A stretch of 64,000 bases of DNA from Chrysomallon squamiferum (taxonomy: Eukaryota > Animalia > Mollusca), in contig CM022679.1 of NCBI GenBank assembly GCA_012295275.1, positions 18,724,001 to 18,788,000 on the forward strand, given 5' to 3'. Made by a program: the position numbers and the translations under genes. The notes below the pieces were generated by a model, which worked only from the letters and a program-made list of their open reading frames with translations, did not search any database and was not told where the DNA came from. The stretch's first letter is position 1. The number at the start of each line of letters is the position of its first letter. Below are positions 1-9,586 of this stretch, in pieces.

Positions 1-992
1 TCAATGAGTTCAACACCTGTACAGTTACCTTTTCAAGTATGATTTTTTATTTCTGACCTCAGTCTCCTAAATCCAGGAAATACAAGAGAATATGCTAAGT
101 AGCCTGAAGAGCAGGTCAGCAACCTGTGGTGAAACTTGAGAGGATGTTGACAGACACGAAGTCCTGCTAGGAGGTCGAGGGCATGTTCCCCCTAGACAAT
201 TTTGAAACAATATGGTGTATTCTGGAGATAAAAATATGAATTTGAAAGTAATAAATATCCCTAGCTAAGTTTTGAGGGTTGGGTTTATCAGAGAATTAAG
301 CATATTACCATATTCAGAATTTTAAGACTTTAGCAGTAAATACCAGCACCAACTTTCCTTATTTTTCTCTTTTTATTTATGTATTTTCTCAACAAGGACT
401 CAAACATGTAATAAAAATATATTCTACTGAAAATGCATTGTTTATTTATCCTTTAACATTAGGAGAATCAGTACTTTAGAGGAGTAAAGTGACCCAAGCC
501 TGAATAATCTGCCCCTTCCTTCTGCTGCTTATGACTATATTTTTGTTAAAGTCTTATTTCCATTTATCAAAATACTGATGTCAGTTACTGGTGTGAAAAT
601 ATTGAGGAAAATGATTTTTTAAAAATGAATTGTGATCCAAGTCTGAAAATTTTACTAAATTCTAATATAAAGCATTGTGAACTAATATTCGCCAAATATT
701 AATTCTTCAAAGTATGAAGAAACAAACATTTGTGGGGATTAATTTTACTTAATTGTCTTGATGAAAAAAATGTATGAATACATTACAAAAATTTTTTAAT
801 TTCACTTAGATATTAATTGCACGAAATCATTAATTATACAGTTTCCAAGAGAAAAACACTTTTTTCAATTTACATACATTTATAAAAAATAACATTTAAA
901 GTGTCAGTATTTCCAGGCTGGGGAATGTGAATTTGTGAATTGGCAAAATAACTTGGTCTTCAGCAGTCATCTCAATTTTTGGAGTATATTAC

Positions 993-2167
993 CTTGTTGT
1001 TGCATGGGATTGCAATGTCAACATGTCGCAGGGGAGAATCTGTATTACAGAGTGCAATGACAGGAATGTTCACATAGGATGCTTCCGTAACTGGCTGGTG
1101 ATCAGTTCGGGTATCTGTCACAACCAACAGACGAGGTTCCCTGAAGGCTGCCTGAAAAACAATATTCAAAAAATGTCCTTGAATGGAAAAATTCATTTCA
1201 TTATTAGTGGTTATCAGCTATATACGGTTAATAAACCTGTGTACTGTTGGTGTCCATGTCATGACATGTCAGGACCATGAAACTGTCTGAAAAACTGGAA
1301 GTTTAAGCTGTAATGTTCTTAACATAGTTGTTGGAATTTACATACAAATCTAAGGTGGTGCAATACAGAAGACTGCACTTTAGCATATCGAAGTATTACA
1401 GACAGGGAGGAAGAACAATTAATTTGTTTTCTCTTTAAATTTGCAACATATCTTTTGTAACAAAACTTCCAGCTTTGCATCATCAAAGACTTAATAATGT
1501 AAACATCTTGAAGCTACCTATTAAAGACTTCATTGCGAATAATGTTAAAACATACCATACAAATAAAACAATTTAAAAGTGCTACCTGAATCTGGTTGGT
1601 AAATGTACCAGGAGTGAATCGACCTGCTACTGGATTAGCTCCAGTTGCAGAAGCAAATTTCAGTACAGCACGCTGACCATATGGCCGAGCTGAGATGACA
1701 CATACATCTGATGGATTCTCAATGGCAGCAATGGCACGAGCAGCTAGCAGCAGTTTTTCCCAGGTCTTTTTCAAATTAATTATATAGACACCTGAAACAA
1801 AAATAAATATTTAACAAACGAAAACCAAAAAATTGATGCTAATTAGAAAAAAATGAATTAGGAAATTTAATATATTTGCATATTTGGACTCTGTAAATGT
1901 TATTCTCCCCCCCCCCTTGAGTTTAGCCAGCTTTATTTACACATACACACACAATATGCATGTAAGTATATACAAGTCAGACACATATGACATGAATTTC
2001 ACTGTAATTAAACCACTTAAATAAAAGCAATCACCATCAGGTTTCCGCTTGAATACATATTGCTCCATCTGAAAATCCACATTGTTAGATCCTAGATGAG
2101 TGCTGCAAGCCAAAAACTTTGTAACATCTTCCTCTTTGAGGGCAAGTGCGTCTATACCTCCGGACAT
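993..2167 (-). CDS. RPSA: 40S ribosomal protein SA (uS2/laminin receptor), first 166 codons; remaining exons lie beyond the left edge
   Basis: Coding exons 2167-2035 (133 nt), 1791-1586 (206 nt) and 1151-993 (159 nt), with GT-AG junctions and consistent phases. Translation [26 protein letters not shown]...[19 protein letters not shown]...[26 protein letters not shown]...[31 protein letters not shown] is unmistakably uS2. The ATG-containing exon starts at 2201. Confidence 0.98.
1263..1490 (-). ncRNA. Candidate structured intronic snoRNA-like RNA (RPSA intron 1152-1585)
   Basis: TGATGA (C-box-like) at 1485-1480 and CTGA (D-box) at 1272-1269, overlapping ACA plus 3 nt. A perfect 10-bp stem 1295-1304/1463-1472 encloses further stems (1308-1314/1395-1401; 1358-1362/1374-1378). 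Same strand as the host gene. Confidence 0.5.
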
Positions 2168-2312
2168 CAGGAGTCAGTCGTTGTGAGTTACGGTGACCAA
2201 CCTGTTAATAAAAGGTAACTTCAAACTAACAAACAGCTTTTACAAATCAGCTATCACAGTAAAAACAGTGGATCAAACCTTTCAGTTCTTGGACAACATT
2301 TCACCCAACATT

Positions 2313-2507
2313 AAATGTCAGGTCCAACTTCCTGAGGTCTAACAACAAAGAACGTGTCATAATATGGTAAAACATGGAAAACTCTTAGCTCTGACATCCT
2401 ACAGAATGACACTTCTTGTTCGACTGATAGCAGTTAAAAGATTTCAAAACTAAAACTTAAGAAGTTGGAGTTTGTAAAGTATCTTTCAGTTTATTCTATA
2501 ATCAGAT
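2313..2507 (-). ncRNA. Candidate structured intronic snoRNA-like RNA (3' end of RPSA intron 1)
   Basis: Long irregular hairpin: outer stem 2323-2331/2461-2469, inner near-perfect stem 2344-2360/2406-2420. Ends GGACCTGACATTT. TGATTA (variant C box) at 2504-2499. Confidence 0.45.
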
Positions 2508-3519
2508 TTTAACAAATAACTGGACATAATGTTTTTTTTAAAATTATTTTATTTAAAAGAAGTAACAACAAAAAATATTAAAAATCAAGATAAAATTTAA
2601 TATGAAGGTGATATTTTAAAAATGTATATTACTGAAACAATTTAATATTTCTAGTACTTCATTAATATCAAAACATGTTTAGTGTATTAGTCACCATTCA
2701 ACACTTCTCTTCAGAATCAGATTGCATTTTTATTTTACTAAATGCAACATGTTTGAGGTTTTAACTTTTTTGTTGTTTAAGGTATGTAACTCAAAACTTT
2801 GATAAACCTAGTGGCAGAGAAGATGCTCCCAGAGGTTTTTTTTTTTTATATTGTACTTAATTTCTTAGGACCTCTCAAAATAAGGGTCATTTTAACAGAA
2901 AAAAAAAAAAAAAAAAAAAAAAACACTTATTAAAATTGGAGATATTATTAATACAATATTTATATACACACTAAAACACATTCAAAAGAGATTTCACTTC
3001 AATAAGCAAAAATATTGAGAAATGCATATTCGAATTTCAGTCATGATCAGCACAATTTTTATAACCATTTTATTTTGCTTTAATTTCAGAAATGTTTAGA
3101 AGAATGCATACAAAATACACACGTAATTATTATCAAATTGCATCACAGCAACCTTTAAACTTAATGAAAGAACTGACTAGTGACATTCTAGTAAAAATTT
3201 GTATTATTTACATACACAACCTTAAGTATATTTAAATATGTTATCTAATTTATCAACATTACCAAATATTCTAAACCATCCACTATGGAATGGGCACAGT
3301 GGCTTACTCTTACAGTAACAATTTAGCAAGTAACTAATTGTTACTAATTGACATATCATTTCAGATACTGTCAAAAATCTATTGTTCTAATCCATGCAAA
3401 ATAATATATTGACAGCATTTCCTACAATGATAACTTTAGATTGGGTTCCAGGAGTTCATGTTCTCATTGAATTTTTGGGGAAAACAGCATAATACTGTAC
3501 CTCAAAACTGCAAAAGGGT

Positions 3520-3690
3520 TAAACCTTCAAATGTTCTGTATTCTGTATTGATGGCCAGTGAAACATTGCACTGCAAAGAACCTATTTTCTTTGCTGGACA
3601 AAGGAAATTCACAACCACTATTTCATCATCAATGATCTCTGCGATACATCCATGATACCAGTGGTCCACAAACCCCAACAATTACACAAC
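3520..3690 (-). mobile_element. Decayed transposon-like coding fragment
   Basis: Broken minus-strand translation HWYHGCIAEIIDDEIVVVNFLCP...FHWPS resembles, from memory, C-terminal modules of invertebrate DNA-transposon proteins. It is frameshifted. Confidence 0.3.
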
Positions 3691-5519
3691 TGTTCTCAGA
3701 TAATCACAATCATTCATCAGAATTTTAATTCTAAATCTGACTGGACTGCTGATCATGTATGTGATATTTAGGTTCATGATGATCCACAAGTAATATGGAC
3801 CCGAACTATTAGTAACAGCTGGACTAACTTAATAATGGACTGAATTTTCAGTAATGTCTGGTACTTTGAGTGGATGTTTGTTGGCTAAAAAACAAACTAC
3901 AGCTTTGTTTGTGCAAGCTATGTCAGTGTACTTATTTTTCAGGTAAGTGATGTGGATTTATATAACTTGTAACAATTTTGTTGCTTTTGTATCAGGCAAC
4001 TACCTTGGTGACATCAGCAGCACACTTCATTTCTCCATCAGTAGTGATCTGTGCATTAATTGCATCAGATTTCTTGACTGTTTTGTTGTCAACGAGCCAT
4101 TTTCTGTCTCAAAGGCTTAGATCTGGTTCATCTGCTTCTGACACAGCAGTAAGTTGAGAACTCTCCTGGTGTTCAAGTTTTCTTGGTTTTTTTTTGATGT
4201 GGTTTGTTTGATGGTTAGGTTTGCTCCCATAACTAACTTACCATTGAAAACCTGCAATCAAGCAGTTGGTAGGACATATTGGCTAAACTGTCCAAAGTTA
4301 CTTTATTCCTGTTGATATGTGCTTCATGATCAGAAAGGAGACATGCATATAATCTGTGGGATTGAAGTATTGATGATCACTGTTTTCACTGCTGAAGTAT
4401 TCAGAAGCTATTTTGCACAATCCAGCTGCTTCCCTGCATCCTGCAACAAGATATTCAATGGATTGGTCCTGAATCTTTGTACAAAAAACTTCCTTGAAAC
4501 TGAATATCAAATAACACTGATTTCCCCAATGGGTTAAACCTGACCATCTCAGATTTTTATGAAACTTCTTATACTTGTCGACAGGGATCACACAGCACCA
4601 AACCTGAAATTTTAGGCCAATCAGACCAGTGGTGTGGGAGATAAGGACCCCCAAATTGAGATTTTTGGCAAAAATGGGCATGACCACCAACCTTTAAACC
4701 TTCATATCTCAGGAACTACTGGGCCAATCTTCATAAAATTGGTATTGTTGAAAAGGCAATATGACAAAGATTCCAAACCCTTGTTATGACCTTGAAATTG
4801 TCCATGTGGATCTCATGACCTTGAGATGACCTTTATTGAAATTTAATCTCCCATATGTTAACTAATCCTGGGTGTAATATTTTTTTGTTTAGCCATAATA
4901 TAGGTTTAAAAAATGCATACCTGCATGGATGATTGATACAATGCATTACAATGTACATTTTCTCTGCGACCAAAAACTCATCTTTGGAGTTAAAACCTAC
5001 CTGACATGTCTGAAGGAATGCCTGAAGGATATGAAAAGATGCCATATGGCATGACATCTTCTATACAATCATGCTCAAAGGGTTAACAGGCATGTCAAGA
5101 ACTCCTTGAAATCCCCATTGAGTCTTCGCCACAGAGTATGAACAGGGTCTACCTTCACCTTGATAAACTGTGATTTATACTTTAAAAGTTTGACCTAAGG
5201 CTTGTGCGCAATGACACATGTACTCTGCTGCCATTTTATGACCTGTTTAACTTTACTTAAAGGGTTTCAGGGTTTAATTTGATATGTAGGAAAGCACTGA
5301 CTTTTTCTACTGAATTGAAGGTGCAGGCAATACTGAAAATCCTCATTTCTTCTGCAGCTTTTACTCTCCGGAAAATGTGTGTTGTCAACACCATCATACC
5401 AAAAAGGAGTTGTTGCAAAGTGTATGGAAAACCGAGGAAATCGAACTCCTCACTCTTTGAAGTGGGATCAAAACACAGGACATCAAGAGTATCTGTTTAC
5501 ATCATGAACAAGAACTTTT

Positions 5520-6335
5520 AATCAAGTTTTCAACATTGGGGAAAAAGTGTTGTGATCCCCGTAATCGCCATCCTAAGCAAGCATGCACTAGATCTTCAAG
5601 AATTGTTAGCATGGGCTCTTACAAATACGTAGTAAATCCAAAGACACTAGTTCCAGGAGACAAGTTGTGCTGAGACTGTTTGATTAGCCTTCAGAAATCG
5701 AAGGTCCAAACCCCTGCAGAGGATGGCTTTAGTATGGGTGGTATTACAATGGGAGAATTTGATGACAACTTACCAGACAAACCACTGGTTGTTGTTTCCC
5801 CAGTAAAGGACTTTGATTTGAATTCTATCCTGTCGAGTTTAAGCTAAACTCCTGTTAAACTCCATTCACTAGCATGTTCCAGTAAATGAATGAAAGGACA
5901 GAAAATACTAGCATCAGCGACAGTAACATTAAAAAACATCTTGAAACAGTCTATGATATTCCGCTTCGTTCTCTTGAAAGTGATTTGGACTCATCAGAAA
6001 AATTGACCTTCATTTTTTCAGAAACATGTTGGAGGAGTTTAGAGAAATTCAACAAGTCCGAATCCTACCCAGAGCGTGTACAAATCTTGACTTTGTCACC
6101 CTTTACCATTGAAAGGACAATGAATCAACGAATTACCTTGTGAAGAAAGAGAATGGGGTTCTATCCCTCTGTAAGAAGAAACAAGGGAAAGTTCTGTCAA
6201 ATGAATTGAAGGAGGAAATAGTCCAATTTTATGAAAGTGACGAGAACAGTAGAATGTGTCCGGGAATGAAGGATACAGCGAGCATTTGAAACAAAGATGG
6301 TGAGAAGGTTAAGCATTAGAAACACCTAGTTTCTA
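5520..6335 (+). mobile_element. Decayed DNA-transposon ORF (possibly Sola-type), N-terminal part
   Basis: Interrupted translation CCDPRNRH...LVPGDKLC*DC...GKVLSNELKEEIVQFYESDENSRMCPGMKDTASI*NKDGEKVKH*KHLV. I recall the FYxxDxNSRxCPGxKD..KxQKRL motif from invertebrate transposon proteins. It has in-frame stops; the superfamily assignment is uncertain. Confidence 0.6.
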
Positions 6336-6344
6336 ACAAGAGAA

Positions 6345-7120
6345 TTATCTCAGGAATAGTAATTGCATTCCATTCCCAGTTCAAAGTGATTTGTTGGTCA
6401 TGAAGATGGGTATTTTATATCCTATGGCCCAGTAGGTCCCATTGAAACAGAAAGCCAGTATGCTGCTGCAGGAAGGAAATAACCATTGGTATAATGATCT
6501 CACTGCAGTAACAATGAGCAGTCATGTTTCTGTGAATGATAATGACATCTGCTTTATCTCAATATTAATGCCGACCCAGACCATGATGCTGCCACTGTCA
6601 TATCAGTTATGCTAAATGACTGTCTGCATCACATCATTCTCCCCATTGCTTTCTATCTGCAAACTGAACACAAAATCTGGATCAGTCTGTGAATGTCTGC
6701 TCCCATTTTTTTGTCGCCAGTATTGGTGTATTCTGGCCCATCTCAGATGTTCCTGAATGTTATCCTGCTGTCAGGGGAACAACTTCAACAGGACAATGTG
6801 CTTGTAATCCAGCAGCATGGAGAAAGTTACAGACAGTGAGCATTAATTCTACTGCCTGTGGTTTGCAGCAAAGTAAAGACTAAACATGCAAACCTTTTGG
6901 ACCTGTCACTAAATACCTATCTTCTCTTGGAATATTTAATCATGGTTTACCAGAATGTGGTCCATCTTGCACTTCCCCATTTGGACTTGCATTGTCAGAG
7001 TCATGATATGGTACTGTTATGAACACGAAAATACTGAGCAATGTTGTTTACACATTGGCTGGCATTAAGCCATTCCATTGCTTTATGATTTTCCGCTAAG
7101 CTTGGATGATGACCCATTAT
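6345..7120 (-). mobile_element. Decayed Tc1-like transposase
   Basis: Minus-strand fragments, in order: IAQYFRVHNSTIS (HTH), GPHSGKP..PREDRY (GRPR-like), LHAAGL, LRWARIHQYW, FTD*SRF (FTDESRF), GSIMVWVGI, NMTAHCYCSEIIIP. These are collinear with Tc1 DD34E transposases, with many stops and frameshifts. Confidence 0.8.
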
Positions 7121-8382
7121 AACAGGATAATTTATTTTATTTTATTTCGAAGCAACAGTCATTTACAAAAAATGGCTAAACTTTTTGGTTAAGAATATTT
7201 TCAAGAATAACCTGAAAAAGACGAGTGAATTAACTATTAGAATTAATTTTACAGTTGTAAAATATGGTAATATTTCAGTAATTTATTGTTTTAGGAGTAA
7301 CATACCAACAGTTAGGTGGCAATATTTCCTTTAAATTATTAAAAATACAATACTGATCAATTATTATAAAATATATAACCAATAACCCTGCCCACAGCCA
7401 ACCCTTCAAAAATATAAAAATTTACATATTTATGTAATATAACTTTGATGATGTGCATTTGATCAATATTTATTAAATAATGATGGTACATGTTTATTTG
7501 CACATTTATGACATTTTACAATATAATTTAAAAAACTCCACTTACTTGAAATACCATGATGCTTTCAATCAGTGTTGGCAAAAAACTGTTCCCTTCAATC
7601 AGACTGTATGGATTTTAAGAGGATGACATGCCAACTAATTTATTTCCATAACTAATGCTAAGACATGACTTCCAACATCAGTCATTTGTTTAAGATAATA
7701 TTTGCTGCAGTTCACACAAATAAAATGAACTTGTTCAAAAATTTTCCTGCAAGGACAATCAACCATTCTGCGAACAATGTCAGCCATGAACTCATTTTTA
7801 TAGTTACAAATGTCCAACTTTACATAACTGGTTCTTCAAATTATGATCTTCAATATAAGCTTTTTTTCTGAATGGCTAACATTAAATGCAAGCAGTGCCA
7901 TTCCTATAAAGATAGTGCAGTTTCCAGTTAGCACACATGTGCACTTTGAGACAGTTGCTTATTATGGCTCATCAGAAGATGGTGTGAAACAATGTCACCA
8001 TTTCCTCTACTACTGCAGCAGATTATGCATGTTTTTTTTACAACAGACAAGTGCTCACTTAAATTTACTGTTCTAAAACGTTCCATATAGCATGTATAAA
8101 GGACAATCATAATGTAGCAATGTTAACACATTTTCTTTAACTGTCAAATGAAAATGTATTCTATACTAATTAAAAGAAACCCAATGCCAAAAGTAAAAAT
8201 AAAAACCTTTTTGAACATATCAGATCAGTAAGTCTAAAAGATATATTCTAGTTTTCAAAAGTCAACCTAAGGTCACCAAAATCTTATTTCAAGAGATATC
8301 TTCATCAAATTTGCATTATCTATTCAATAAAGTGTTCTTTTTATGAACACCTCAAAAGAGGGAGACTTTAAATTCAATAGTT

Positions 8383-8597
8383 TCAGGTCTATTTAAAAAT
8401 GTATGGTTCGTGAATGATTAATTTTCCTATTTACGACCGTACCGAGTTGTTCCTGATGGGGTTTTCCCGTTAGCCATTAGCTTCTCTTCAAATGGCTAGT
8501 AAACAATCTACACAGGGATATTTGTAAAATACAAGGCAAAGAAAATAGGTCTGAATATTCAGTTTAAATAATCTGTTCAGTGTAATCGACCATCACC
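8383..8597 (-). ncRNA. Weak candidate structured intronic RNA (5' part of RPSA intron 1)
   Basis: Nested stems 8426-8432/8543-8549, 8452-8455/8513-8516 and 8471-8478/8491-8498. The inner hairpin is followed by ACA. GTGATGG at the 5' end and GACCTGA at the 3' end. Confidence 0.3.
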
Positions 8598-9134
8598 GTT
8601 TTTTATTTCTATATTCAATTGTGATTATTGTCATTTTAAACCTATTTTAAGTATTGCTCTTTACTTTTTGATTTTCTGTTATGCGTTTTTTTGGAAATTC
8701 CTCTAACAAAATAAACCAACATTTGATCTCATTCTGCTTTAAAACAGTGAATTAGTGGAATATGTTGAGGTTGGCAATTCACCATTACAATTTACAGGAG
8801 GGAGGGCAAAAGGTAACTAATGCCTCTGACGGCCTTTAGCACTGCTACATAATGGGCTACGTTTATTTCAAGATTCAATCAAAATTATGTTCAAATAAAT
8901 ATAACGAACTTATTAAATTTACAAAGTCCATCTAACTTTTAGTAAATTAATTATACTCTAAAAGTCTAAGTTTAAAGCATGGTATAGCAATTTAGTATCC
9001 TATTTTTCTTTGTTTTTGACTCGAGTTAATACTTTAATTATTCTTCCTTGTTTTGTTTTTTAAAAATATAAATATATTTTGGAAATTAAAATATGTTTAT
9101 TATACATTTACATATAAAATAAAGAGAGCCTTAC

Positions 9135-9175
9135 AACACGTGCAATGCCAAATGGAGATGGACGTAAAAAGGAAG
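9135..9175 (-). promoter_or_regulatory. RPSA: Probable non-coding first exon of RPSA with 5'TOP/TCT start
   Basis: Minus strand reads CTTCCTTTTTACGTCCATCTCCATTTGGCATTGCACGTGTT then a GTAAGG donor. A pyrimidine tract starting with C is typical of ribosomal-protein transcription starts. It lies in a locally CpG-containing segment. Confidence 0.8.
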
Positions 9176-9586
9176 TTTGCTGTGGGGTTGTTTAATATAA
9201 CTTCACGGAACGTCCGGTAGGGGACATAATTCATCCGAGGCAACCAAACTCGATTACGTAACATTTTTTTTTAATGTGCAGACATTTGTAAAACAAACAC
9301 ACAAACTACTGCTTAAACTCATATAAGCAATTTATCTTTAGTTTTTATAATCAAACTAATAATAATTGAATACAATATTGATAAATATTCATTTTTAGGG
9401 CGTCTTTGAAAACAGCATATAATTTTAAAATTTATAACAATATTGAATATAACTTATAAGCATGCAACATTCACTGTACACAGTACAATGTACAGTACAT
9501 ACTGTAGTTACAGTATAAGAGGAAATTACTAACGAATAATGAATTTTACGCCTCGCCACATGCTAGAATAAGACTTGGTCTTCAGA

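Noticed and set aside
903-972. C/D snoRNA-like pattern (GAGATGA...CTGA) on the minus strand
   Set aside because: Imperfect C box, only ~20 nt from the donor site, and no recognisable guide.
4298-4835. 130-aa minus-strand ORF
   Set aside because: No recognisable protein. It overlaps what looks like a non-coding interspersed repeat inside RPSA intron 1.
7550-8110. Cluster of overlapping short ORFs
   Set aside because: No motif or splice structure that I can support; possibly decayed repeat.
8445-8520. Identification as U17/snR30
   Set aside because: The 3' end is superficially similar (AAACCCCATCAGGAACA), but the conserved m1 AUAUUCCUA and exact m2 AAACCAU motifs are absent.
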